A stretch of DNA of 63,692 bases, counting the filler, from Octopus bimaculoides (Eukaryota), in assembly GCF_001194135.2 (NCBI RefSeq). It is 8 parts of 7 records of this genome, joined end to end, with 100 filler letters (N's around TTAATTAATTAA, not from the genome) between each part and the next. Parts side by side here need not be neighbours in the genome. Positions count along the whole stretch, not along the records: positions 1 to 17,536 come from NC_068997.1; positions 17,637 to 27,685 come from NC_068982.1; 6 more parts are not named here. The stretch is one strand, 5' to 3'. Both the position numbers and the translations under genes were made by a program. Every line of letters starts with the position of its first letter. Position 1 is the first letter of the stretch. The notes beneath the pieces were generated by a model, which did no database searches, was not told where the DNA came from, and worked only from the letters and a program-made list of their open reading frames with translations. Positions 13,081-24,620 of the stretch are shown here, one piece after another.

Positions 13081-13317
13081 TAGGGTGTTCAAAAAATCTC
13101 TCTGCAATAAGTATTTTATTGCAAAATAAATATTTATAAGATGGTATAAGACTACAAAAGAATATATTAGACTTTACAAGACTTTAAAAAAACTTTATAA
13201 GAGGTGTTGAAAGTGTCGTCCTTCATTTGCAATACATAAAATTTAATTTCTTTTTTTACTGCCGTGTGAGCACTTCCTAGGCTGAATTCACTGCAGAGAG
13301 ACTTTTTGAACACCCTG
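13081..13317. mobile_element. Tc1/mariner-type MITE
   Basis: 27-bp TIRs tagggtgttcaaaaaatctctctgcaa / revcomp cagggtgttcaaaaagtctctctgcag, TA on both sides. Confidence 0.85.
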
Positions 13318-13524
13318 TATAAGAAAATGCACACATACACACTTACTATTCTCTGCTGATATATTTCTCATTATTGTATGAATGAAGTTTTCATATTTTT
13401 ATTTATAAATATATATTCAAAACAACTGTCATTTTTGTCACTATCATCATGCCGGTGTCACGTAACTGGCACCTGTACTGGTGGCACATAAAAAGCACCT
13501 GTTACACTCTTGTGTGTGTGTGTA

Positions 13525-13556
<32 letters not shown>

Positions 13557-13566
13557 NNNNNNNNNN

Positions 13567-13607
<41 letters not shown>

Positions 13608-13794
13608 TTATCAGTTTCAGCTCAAAGCTGTGACCATGCTGGGACACTGCCATTTTGCTACACTGCTATTATTGAGAGCCTCCTCTGATATGTGGTATTT
13701 GGTGGATAAGAGAGTTTGACATTGCTACTCTCATTTGCACCTCCTGCCGCAAGGTAGGTTCATCTGAGAACCTATATATATATATATATATATA

Positions 13795-13985
13795 TGAGGG
13801 TGCACTGAAAAGTTCCTGGCTGGAGGCCCAACATTCTGAGCTCTTTCACAGGACTTAGAAAAGCTGAAGGACTGCTGCCATAAGTACGTAAATCTGAGAT
13901 AAAAATATGTTGAATAAAACCATAATTAACTGATCTTCCTGTGTATTCTTTTACCCAAAGCCAGGAACGTTTTAGCACCTCCTCG
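13795..13985 (+). mobile_element. Internally deleted mariner
   Basis: Imperfect TIRs tgagggtgcactgaaaagttcctggct / agccaggaacgttttagcacctcctcg; interior reads LEKLKDCCHKYVNLR*KYVE*, like a mariner transposase C-terminus. Confidence 0.7.
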
Positions 13986-14154
13986 TGTGTGTGTGTGTGT
14001 GTGTGTCTCCCCACCCCCATACCATCCTGGTTCTGTCTCTTGTCTACAGTCTTCTTCTTTCCAGTTACTTACCCACTGTCTACTTTATTTCCTGCTTTTA
14101 TAAACGTTAATACATTAAAACAAAGGTTAGTAGTAAAATGAAAATTATCCTTAC

Positions 14155-14284
14155 TTCAAATCCAAAAATATCCAAGAGAGCCATCGATGTCACTTTTTCC
14201 CGTGGAGATCTGTAGACAATCTGGTTTATTCGTTCCACTAACCAGGTGAAAAGTCGACAATAGAGGGCTTTAGCAATGGCATCC
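14155..14284 (-). CDS. MYO15-like: Unconventional myosin motor domain exon (switch II), myosin XV-like
   Basis: ttacag|G GAT GCC ... TTT GAA|gtaag; 130 nt encoding (R)DAIAKALYCRLFTWLVERINQIVYRSPREKVTSMALLDIFGFE, with the switch II motif DIFGFE. Confidence 0.95.
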
Positions 14285-14416
14285 CTGTAACAATTAAGCA
14301 ATCATTAATACCAAATTAAAAGTCATTTTAATTATTTGTTTTTTTTTTATCGAATTAGTTTTTCTATATGTATACTGTTGATATTTGTTGAACTGGTGTC
14401 CCCTCTCCATTGTTTT

Positions 14417-14459
14417 CATTACATTTCAGCTGTTGTACACTTCTGTCTTCTTCAGATGT
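14417..14459 (-). ncRNA. Degenerate minimal hammerhead-ribozyme motif (Penelope type)
   Basis: Minus strand ACAT CTGAAGA AGACAG AAGTGTACAA CAGCT GAAAT GTA ATG; core and GUA triplet present, stem II decayed. Confidence 0.5.
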
Positions 14460-14680
14460 CTTGATTGGACTTGGTTGATGAATAACAATTTTGTACCTAA
14501 TCCTTTATTTGATCCATGGAGATACACTGTTCTTCATTTAGCTTTGCATGCTTCTTGAGATTTTTGCTTCAGTTGAATATTTGTGAATTGTTTTAAGCCT
14601 GGGATTGAACTCAGCACTTCTAGTTGACTGCACCACATTAACCAATGTCTTTATCTACGAACAACCAAGTTCAACACAAG

Positions 14681-14724
14681 ACACCTGAAGAAGGCTGGAG
14701 CATACAACAGCCAAAACATAATGA
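14681..14724 (+). ncRNA. Degenerate minimal hammerhead-ribozyme motif, inverted partner of 14417-14459
   Basis: ACAC CTGAAGA AGGCTG GAGCATACAA CAGCC AAAAC ATA ATGA; stem II intact (GGCTG/CAGCC), G12 changed to A. Confidence 0.5.
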
Positions 14725-15796
14725 AAGCAACAATTAATATGAGGATACCAGTCTGACCAATATAAACAATATACATTATATAAATTCCTCATCTCAGAAA
14801 TACAGAATTGTAGTTTTTTCTTTTATAAGTCGGTGAAAAGAGAAGCAGAACATATAAGCATTGAAGGCTACACTACAAGATTGGTGAGGCTGATGTAACT
14901 CATGTCCAGTTTGAACATTTGCAGATCACTTATTGTCACCATCACATTTAATGTCCACTTTCCCAAGGTTGTTTCGAAATGACTGAAGATTAGCATCACT
15001 CTTGAAACTTGGAGTACCAACAAATTTGAATCAAATTGTTTTGATACATACATATGTATGTATGTATGTATGTATGTGTGTGTGTGTGTGTGTGTGTGTT
15101 TGTGCATGTGTGTATTGTCAGTTAATGTTTCCTTTTCCATGCTTTCATGGGTTAGAAGGAATTTGTTGAGGCAGATTTATCTACAGCTGCATATCCTTGT
15201 TTCCAACCCTCACCTGTTTCCAAGCAAAGTAGTATTTTCCTGTAGCTAGGCAAGGTTTCCATTCATAAGAAACTAGAAATAAATGCTTTTGCTGGCATGT
15301 TGGTAATGCTATGTGGACAGTTCATTAATGTTGGTAATGCTGTATGGACAGTTCATTCATTCGCACATAAATACATATGGGATTATAGTCAAGGACCTAT
15401 ACCTTCATGGAATTACGGACCAACTGCCATACCTTCTTGAAGATGAGCTGTGAACTTATTCTCCTGTCTGTATTCTTTTATCCACTGTTTTATTGTTTAT
15501 TCTTTTATCTACTAAAGCAGCGAGCTGGTAGAAACGTTAGCACGCCGAGCGAAATGCTTAGTGGTATTTCGTCTGTCTTTAAGTTCTGAGTTCAAATTCC
15601 GCTGAGGTCAACTTTGCCTTTCATCCTTTTGGGGTTGATAAATTAAGTACCAGTTCCATTCTGGGGTCGATCTAATCAACTGGCCCCCACCGCAACAAAA
15701 ATTTCAGGCCTAGAGTAGAAAAGATCCTTTTATCTACTATTTTATTTCTATATACATTGTGAATTCTCTGTCTGGAACATCCCTACACGCTCACCT

Positions 15797-15872
15797 TGTC
15801 TCTGATGACGGAATACCCAGTGTATGGAGATGCTAGCCAATCTCGGGATATCCCAGAAACAGCTCTAAGACA
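15797..15872 (+). ncRNA. Hammerhead-ribozyme motif with long stem II, degenerate cleavage triplet
   Basis: TGTCT CTGATGA ... GAAAC AGCT CTA AGACA; stem I TGTCT/AGACA, palindromic AGCT in stem III; triplet is CUA rather than GUA. Confidence 0.6.
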
Positions 15873-16040
15873 TGTAATAATTAATTAATTGACTGATTAA
15901 TTAACTAATTAATTACTTCAAATTCGCCTTACTCTAATTAAATATTCTAAGTGATGTGAAATGCTTGCCCTCCCTAGGTCTTGTCCTTTTCCCTCTAATA
16001 CATACATACATCATAAATTCCTTTTCTATCTATATTCATA

Positions 16041-16168
16041 GGTGCAGGAATGGTTCCAGGTTCAGTCCTGCTGCATGGCATCTTGGGCAAGTGTCTGCCA
16101 CTATAGCACCCAGGCTGACTAAAACCTTGTGAGTGGATTTGGTAGAGGAAAACTGAAAGAAGCCCACT

Positions 16169-16214
<46 letters not shown>

Positions 16215-16470
16215 TATACATGTGTGTGTGGTGTGCATGTGTGCATATGTGTGTTTCAGTTTGTCCCTCACCACTGCTTGACAATTGGTTGGTTTGCTTA
16301 CATTGCTGTAACTTAGCAGTTCAGCAAAAGAAACCAATAGAATAAGCACAAGGCTTTAAGATGATAAAAAAACCCCACAGGTACTGGGGTCAGTTTGTCT
16401 CACTAAATCCTTCAAAGCAGTGCTCCAGCATGGCCACTGTCCAATGACTGCAACAAGTAAAAGACAAAAG
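16041..16470 (+). mobile_element. SINE family B, internally deleted head
   Basis: ggtgcagga...ttgggcaagtgtc...ccagcatggcc...aacaagtaaaag. Confidence 0.8.
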
Positions 16471-16735
16471 ATTTCCGTGCTAGCAACGGTTGCATGAACG
16501 CACATTGAGGTTTTATTTTATAACTGGATGCTGTTCCTATCGTTAACCCATACCCGTTTAACCAATTAAAGGAGTTTTCATTCAATTCATTTTTGAAAGT
16601 GCAGAGCTAGCAGGTTACTAGTTGACCAGGAATTGCCAACAAACCACCCTGACTGTGGCTCAGAGATTTCAACACGCAAAGCACAAGGTGTAAACAATCA
16701 CAGACACAGATTACACACACACACACACACACACA

Positions 16736-16783
<48 letters not shown>

Positions 16784-17183
16784 AACACTTGCATACACAC
16801 AGATATATCTGATGGTCTTCTGTATAGTTACAGTCTATGAAACACACGCATACACACATGCATGTATATTTTTGGCTATGCAAACAGGATAATAGTATGC
16901 AATATTATATCCATTATGGTATATCCATTTAGATCCGATTATTTACTTACAAATCAAGTTTCTTTCTCCTGTGTGGCCTTCCAGGTGAAGCATTGCACAG
17001 AGTAAGAAATTTAATCGAGAAGGTGTGACTAATCAGGCTCAAATGAGTGTATGTATGATTGTTTATATAAAACATACATACACATTTTCATATCTTTATA
17101 GATGAATACATATACACACACAAGCATATATGTATACAAATACATACTCATACGCATCTATATATATAAAAATGAGAATGTGT

Positions 17184-17536
17184 GTCTGTCTGTCTGTCTG
17201 TCTGTCTGTGTGTGTGTGTGTGTGTTCCCCTAAAACTCGAGAACTACACAACCAATTTCATTCAAATTTTACACATGTCTTACTTAGGGTTCCGGTTGTG
17301 TTTTAGTTAAAAAATTTTTTTAACTTCTTGCATAGTTCGAGCCCACAGCAACATCATATCTCCTCCACTATCTAAGTATTACGTGTCAAAAGTGAAACAA
17401 AAACACTCATGTCAAATACTTTCATTTTAAAGATGAAACTATTCCACTAATTTTTAACTTCTTGCATAGTTCGAGCCCACAGCAACATCATATCTCCTCC
17501 ACTATTTAAGTATTACGTGTCAAAAGTGAAACAAAA
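17184..17536 (+). mobile_element. DINE-1/Helentron-like non-autonomous element (putative), cut by the spacer
   Basis: (GTCT)n microsatellite, then aactcgagaac...ccaatttcattcaaattttacac core, then an ~80-bp unit repeated at about 17323-17402 and 17456-17536. Architecture resembles DINE-1-like elements (inference). Confidence 0.45.
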
Positions 17537-17636
17537 NNNNNNNNNNNNNNNNNNNNNNNNNNNNNNNNNNNNNNNNNNNNTTAATTAATTAANNNNNNNN
17601 NNNNNNNNNNNNNNNNNNNNNNNNNNNNNNNNNNNN
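17537..17636. other. Artificial 100-bp join: 44 N + TTAATTAATTAA + 44 N
   Basis: Identical at 27686-27785, 42978-43077, 49322-49421, 53019-53118, 56671-56770, 62208-62307. The 12-mer is palindromic with stops in all six frames. Confidence 0.97.
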
Positions 17637-17683
<47 letters not shown>

Positions 17684-17759
17684 TAGTATACTCGTTAACT
17701 AGAGGTCGGAACGTATCTGTGAGTGATTTTATGCCAGTCATTTTAGTGGAATTTGTTTT

Positions 17760-17950
17760 TAAATGCGGTCTGTGTTAACAGCAGCACCGCCCCATATATA
17801 GGAGCAACACTGCTTTGTGAGTTTCAATTTAGCTTTGTAAAGTGTTAACAATTGTTGGGAGGCGATTATATATTTTCTAGTCCTGAAGAGAAGTTTCAGT
17901 TTTAGGTATGCAGTCTCAGCTATGATAGTTTTCGTCGGGAGAGGTCTTTG
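17760..17950 (-). mobile_element. Degenerate L2/CR1-group LINE ORF2 C-terminal fragment
   Basis: AETAYLKLKLLFRTRKYIIASQQLLTLYKAKLKLTKQCCSYIWGGAA resembles the post-RT LLTLYKA..RP.MEYCS.IWGG motif. Homology may extend to about 18360. Confidence 0.65.
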
Positions 17951-18807
17951 ATGATACTGAGCGGTTGTGAGGGTTCTATATGAGCGCTGCGCTTGTTTGG
18001 TGTGGAGTAGTATTTTCTTGATAGGAGTAGTGCTTGGGATATTTTTTTCTGCCTGAACTGACAATATTAGCATGGCTCCGCTTAATGATGCTTTCAAGGT
18101 TTCCATTCTTGAAATCAGTACAGGTTTGGCGTGTGTCTAGGTTGATGTAGATGATGTGTAGTTAGGGAAGAAAGAGGAATAAAAGGTCGTATCATGTGCA
18201 CTAGAGTGATTGCTGTTGAACGTGGTGGCAAATAAGCCATTGGTGCATAGAAGGCTTACAATGGCGTTTACCTGATTTCTCCACTGCTGCAGCGTGGCTG
18301 GATTACGACTGAGTCCACCAAACTCACAGTGCGGCACCTGTCGGGTGAGGCACTTTCACCTCTGGTTCCAGTTCCATTTACACCATTATTTGTATCATAT
18401 TTTGCATCATTTCATTAATGAGTTAGGTTTGTGAGGGTTTTACAGAGAATTATGGTTAGTAACTTACATAAAAAAGTTTTTAACTTATTTAATATCAGAG
18501 GCCTGTAAGGTGATAAACTGGCACGTCAGGTAAAATGCTTAGCGACATTTTGTCGGTCTTTATCTTCCGAGTTCAAATTCCGCCGAGATCGATTTTGCCT
18601 TTCATCCCTTTCAGGATCGATGAAATAAGTACCAGTTGAGTAATGGGGTCGATGTAATCGACTTGCTCCCTCCCACAAAATTGCTGGCCTTGTGCCAAAA
18701 TTTAAAACCAGTATCAGATTCCTGTCAACGGGGAGCTCAGTCCACGTAGTATCAAGGTATATTTGTAAATCTACACAGCAGATATACAAACATGTCAAAT
18801 TTATCTA

Positions 18808-18841
<34 letters not shown>

Positions 18842-19794
18842 CCTCTCTTTTTCACACACATAAACCCTGCTTTATAGAAGCCTTATGTTGCTGGAATCTA
18901 TTTTCCTATTGACTTTCATGTTACTTGGAAGTAAACCGAAAGGAAATCAACAGGAAAATACGTTTTACGAAGTTTCATATAAAATTTTCAATAACGCAAC
19001 GCTTCCGTAACGCAAGAGGTACTTCGATATATCTCAATATAATTTAGACAATTTGATATTTATCTATGTCTGGCCTTTTTCTAGGGCAAAAATATTCGTA
19101 GGACGAAGATCTTGCAGCGTAGATAGTTTTACTTTTCGAAAAGTCATGCACAAAGATGAAATTTTCTTAACTACAACCACGCATGCGCTCACACATGTAC
19201 AGACATATAAATATGTAGAATGATAGATGGATATATATATAAGAGGGAGAGAGAGAGAGAGAGAGAGATGAATGCTCTGATATAAATAGAAACTGAACCT
19301 ACTTTTTACAGCTCAAACTTACTTATCTAGACCTCATTAACATCCCTAAGGAATTCATTACGTTTCAATACATAAGATAATGAAAATTCAATTTATCTGC
19401 TTTCTCNNNNNNNNNNNNNNNNNNNNNNNNNNNNNNNNNNNNNNNNNNNNNNNNNNNNNNNNNNNNNNNNNNNNNNNNNNNNNNNNNNNNNNNNNNNNNN
19501 NNNNNNNNNNNNNNNNNNNNNNNNNNNNNNNNNNNNNNNNNNNNNNNNNNNNNNNNNNNNNNNNNNNNNNNNNNNNNNNNNNNNNNNNNNNNNNNNNNNN
19601 NNNNNNNNNNNNNNNNNNNNNNNNNNNNNNNNNNNNNNNNNNNNNNNNNNNNNNNNNNNNNNNNNNNNNNNNNNNNNNNNNNNNNNNNNNNNNNNNNNNN
19701 NNNNNNNNNNNNNNNNNNNNNNNNNNNNNNNNNNNATCCTAATTGGCACCAGGTGACTGCTGAAATCATCGGAAGTCGAACGTTCTTTTTTCAA

Positions 19795-19864
19795 ATGATG
19801 ATGATGGCGCTGATGTTGTTGATGTTGGTGATTATGTTGTTGTTGTTGACGATGATGATGATGT

Positions 19865-19910
<46 letters not shown>

Positions 19911-19945
19911 AATGATGATGATGATAGTGGTGGTGGTGGTGGTGA
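19795..19945. repeat. (GAT)n/(GTT)n/(GGT)n trinucleotide array
   Basis: Direct reading; explains the poly-Met and poly-Ile ORFs. Confidence 0.95.
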
Positions 19946-21246
19946 TCTCTATGGCCATTAACAAAATATGCAAAACGGAACGTTTGGAATCATTAGAGGC
20001 TCTGAATGAAGCAAAGTCTAAAATTTCGTTTCCCTTTCCGCCGAAAATACAGATATGAATCCTTTTAATAATTGAGTCTATTTATGCTTCCATCCTGCGA
20101 AGCACCATACTAAACGCTAAGAATAATACTCGGTTTTCACCTGTCTACGTACTGAATTCAAATCCTGCCGCGGTCAACTTTGCCTTTCTATCTTTCCGAT
20201 GATTTAACTAATAGACGATCTAAATTAAACTAATTGACGTGTTTTTGATAAACTAACAGACATGGTCATAATTAGCATCCAAATCTCCAACAGACCGCAC
20301 CATACGTCTTATAAAGAGGATGAACACACTGAATAATGTAGTCCTCAATGGGATGGTCAAAACTTGAGCACCTTTGGTCATAGGTTTGCTCATTTAGGAC
20401 TTGCTCAAGGAGCTAAACGACAGCTACAACACTTACAACATCTGATGGTTTAGAAAGCGCCTATAAAAAACGAAAAATATTGTCCGAGAAAATTAGCCAG
20501 GGTCGTATGAAAACAAAATTAGGGTTTAGGTTACTAGTGAGTAGTAGTTCAAGAAAGAGTAGACAAAATTGAGGGTCATCTTATAAGCCATCAAATACGG
20601 TAAGTAGCAAGTTTTTTCTTGAAATGATTATAAATTATTCTAACCCAGAGACCTTGTGTCAATGTGAGAAGTGATTTTCCGTGTTAAGTGCGAAAGAAAA
20701 TGCCTCCACTCATAGTGTTTCTTTTTTGTTTACATATATGTATATTTTAGGTCGGCAAGCTGACAGAATCCTTAGCATGTCGGGAAAAATGCCTAGCGGT
20801 ATTTCATCTGTCTTTCCGCTCTGAGTTCAAAATCCGCCGAGGTTGACTTTGCTTTCATTCTTTCGGGGTCGATCAAATAAGTACCAGTCAAGCACTGGGG
20901 TCGATGTAATCGACTTATCCTTCCCCCCGAAATTGCTGACCTTGTGTCAAAATTTGAAATCAATATTTATTATAACTATTAAGGCATTTCGTCCATCTTT
21001 ACTCTCTGAGTTCAAATTCCGTCGAGGTTAACTCTGTCTTTCGTTCTTTCGCGGTCGATAAAATAAATACCACTTGAACAATGGGATGAATGTAATCGAC
21101 TCAATTCCTTCCCCGAAATTCCTGACTTTCTGCCAAAATTTGAAACCAATGTATATGTATGTTTTAAGCTCTCACTTTCTCTGGAGAGATCGATAGAGAG
21201 AGAGAGAGAGGGAGAGAGAGAGAGAGAAAGAAGAGAAAGTAAATTA

Positions 21247-21282
<36 letters not shown>

Positions 21283-21981
21283 GTAAGCTTAGTTCTGGTA
21301 GTGTCGAGTTTGAAATTTTGTTGGTGAGTGGTGTTCGCGAAGAAAATCATGATTATGGATATAATTGCGTAAAACTGATAGTCAGCTATTTATAAAGAGA
21401 GATCACCGAAATATTAGTAGGATGGACATTGATTAAATGCAGGGGTACTTGGTCAATTGGTCGTAGTATTAGTGTCTATCATACAGGAGGCTATTATCAG
21501 TCATTGCGATCTATAGAAATTTGTTTTTTTAAATTTTTCGTAGTATATCCCAAAAAAGAAGCAGGTCTATGACCATTATAGGCGTTCTGAGGTTGGTAAG
21601 ATTGATGCTGTTGATGGCCAAGTTACACAGCAGTAGGTCAGTGTCATCAGGGGAAAAAAATGTGTGTAGGAAAGGAAATTCTGGAAAGTTGACATTCTAG
21701 GGAAGAAGGATTGGGCGAGGTGCTGGGTACGGGACCCAGTGGAAGTGAAACACAGTATGGATGACGATAAGGTCAGAGACGGGTGTCCGGTGGGATTGCA
21801 AAGAACAGAGGATTAGTAGTAAAAAAAAAAAGCATAGTGAGGAGCATGTGTCTGTTCATTGTATTGCTGGTGAGTATTTTATCCAATCAGTCGGATAGTT
21901 TGGATGTTTGTAGGTGTCGTAACAGCACTGGTCTTTGGGCAATATTACGTGTGTAATACATCGTGTCTTACTTTAGCTTCG

Positions 21982-22012
<31 letters not shown>

Positions 22013-22733
22013 ACAGACGACAGACAAAGAAAAGCAACAGTAGCATGTGCGTTATATTAGTTACGTTAAGAGAAGACCGGACTATATGAATTGTCTATTG
22101 TGTGTATGTTTGTATTTTAACTGGCGTTGCACCAATTCTGTCAGCACGCCGCCTTAGTTATAATAAACGTTCTTTTCTACTCTAAGCACAAAGCTCGAAA
22201 TTTTGGAGGAGGGGGCCAGTCGATTAGATCAACCCCAGTACGCAACTGCTACTTAATTTATCAACTCCGAAAGGATGAAAGGCAAAGTTGACCTTGGCGG
22301 AATTTGAACTCAGAACGTAGCGGCAGACGAAATACCAATTTCTTTATTGCCCACTGGGGGCTAAACACAGAAATGGACAGAACAACTGATGGGATCAGTA
22401 AAGCGGTATGATTTTACATAAAATGTGACTTTTAAAAATTAAATAAAATATATAAAAAAATCGAATGAAATTAACAATACAGGGACAATACAAATGAAGT
22501 GATGATCAGGACACGCTCCGACCCCCAGAAGATCCGATCTATCACCGGTACTTTTTTTTTGTTCTTTTTTTTCCCCGTCTATTCACACGGTTCCTTGCAC
22601 GCACAACACTCGTACAACATGCTTCCATCTCTTTTGTTCCAATGCGCGGCATCCTGGGTAAGTGTCTTTTGAATGAATTTGCTAGACAGAACCTGTATAT
22701 ATACAGCCTGACTTGTAAATATAAATATACACA

Positions 22734-22769
<36 letters not shown>

Positions 22770-24168
22770 TGTGTGTGTGCGTGCGCACGCGCATGTAACG
22801 AATAGTTTCTTAGATTCTAAACCAGGATTCGAAACCGAATCTACATTTTTCTACGATTTTCTCCTCTATTGTTCTCGACTTTTGCCCTGAAAAATTTGTG
22901 AGAGTCAAACTACCTCAGTTATGTTCTATTGTTTAAGTTAGTATTCTTAGGATAAATACGATTTAGGCAGATAAAAGAGAGAACATTTTTGTCTAGTCTG
23001 ACCTAATTTAGTTTTAAATATATAAAGACAGAATCCGAATTCAGTTCTACCGTTTCACTCAAGCCCCTCGCTAGAAAAGCACACCTATCTGTTTCTCAAT
23101 TCATGTATGGCTAATCTGCGCGCGAAAATACAACTTTCATCCACTCTGCTTGTTTATCCAGAGAGGTAGACTCTCTTTCTTTCTCCATTCTCAACCATTC
23201 TTCTAGCAGTCAACAAAAGATGAAGTTAACCACCTACAGAATGGATAACACAACGGAAAATAATTTGTGTATATCAACTTGAAAAAATTGTCTTCTACAT
23301 TGTAACAATGAAAATAAAGAGTAATTTCAAAGAACAGTATTTTTCTTCCTCTCATTTATTTGCCACATATAATCTATTGCAATTTTAGTCACTCCATCGT
23401 TAGATATGTATGTACATACACATGCGCGCGCACACACACATTTGTGTGTGTGCGTGTCTTTGAGGTTTGCCCTCCACACTGCCTGATAAACGGTGTTGGT
23501 TTGTTTTCGTTCCCGTAACTTAGCAGTCCGGCAAAAACAGACCAATAGAATAAGTATTAGGGTTTTAAAAATACGCATTGGGGGCGATTTGTTCGACTAA
23601 ATTCTTCAAGGTGGTGCACCAGCATGGCTGTAGTCCATAGGCCGAAGCAAGTAAAAGATAAAAATAAAGGATTTAATTTACAAACCCATACATGTAAAGA
23701 AGAGCATTTATTTTTGGAAAAGAATGCATTAAATTAACAAGGTTAATTGAATTATCGAAAATTGAATTAATAAGAAATATTCATTTTTCCTTTTACGAAT
23801 CTGTAAATGACAGATCTTCAAGTCTATGATATTGTTTTTATGATTTTCTTACCGTTTTCTCCTTTTCTCCACTTTTGAAAAACTATCACCCCTACACACA
23901 CACGCGCGCACACGCACACACTATATTATTATTAACAACAACAACAACAACAATAATAATAATCAGTAGAATTCACAAAGTGGTTGAAGGTGATGAGAGT
24001 TCTGGAAAGCAATTCAGAGAATTATCATTTTAACCGGTCAATACAAATATGATCTCCATAACTTGAAACCATTTTGATAAATGCCAATGCACGAACTCTC
24101 AGCCAGCCCTCGAGTCCCTTGGTAACTTCTACCGTTAAAAAAATTAAAAGATACACACACATATATAT

Positions 24169-24620
24169 GGGCGCAGGAGTGACGGTGTGGTAAGTAGCTT
24201 GCTTACCGACCACATGGTTCCGGGTTCATTCCCACTGCGTGGCACCTTGGGCAAGTGTCTTCTACTATAGCCTCGGGNNNNNNNNNNTTGGGCAAGTGTC
24301 TTCTACTATAGCCTCGGGCCAACCAATGCCTTGTGAGTGGATTTGGTAGACAGAAACTGAAAGAAGTCCGTCGTATATCTGTAGTTATATATATGTATGT
24401 GTGTGTATATGTTTGTGTGTCTGTGTTTGTCCCCCCACCATCGCTTGACAACCGACGGTGGTGTGTTTACGTCCCCGTAACTTAGCAGTTCGGCAAAAGA
24501 GACTGATAGAATAAATACTAGGCTTACAAAGAATAAGTCCTGGGGTCGATTTGCTCGACTAAAGGCGGTGCTCCAGCAGGCCGCAGTCAAATGACTGAAA
24601 CAAGTAAAAGAGTAAAGAGA
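24169..24620 (+). mobile_element. SINE family B, near full-length (tRNA-like head, CORE-like ccttgggcaagt, internal microsatellite)
   Basis: Recurs at 1-105(-), 2446-2882(-), 3595-3720, 16041-16470, 23440-23668, 38421-38600(-), 49422-49678, 49800-50130(-), 50885-51290(-), 53140-53355(-), 56771-56897 (approximate ends). Confidence 0.85.

Noticed and set aside
16951-17030. Minus-strand LCAMLHLEGHTGERN resembling myosin LHLGN/ERN motifs
   Set aside because: No good acceptor, wrong motif context and wrong phase for the 14284 exon.
17581-17592. TTAATTAATTAA as a recurrent homeodomain site or biological repeat
   Set aside because: It is always centred in 44 N + 44 N, so it is a synthetic spacer.
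19753-20058. Poly-Met ORF; likewise poly-YI, HT, CV, RE, N and L ORFs throughout
   Set aside because: These are translations of simple repeats with no splice or domain support.
21590-21815. Minus-strand open stretch possibly from a Penelope-like ORF
   Set aside because: No diagnostic RT or GIY-YIG motif could be identified; the resemblance is too vague without a search.
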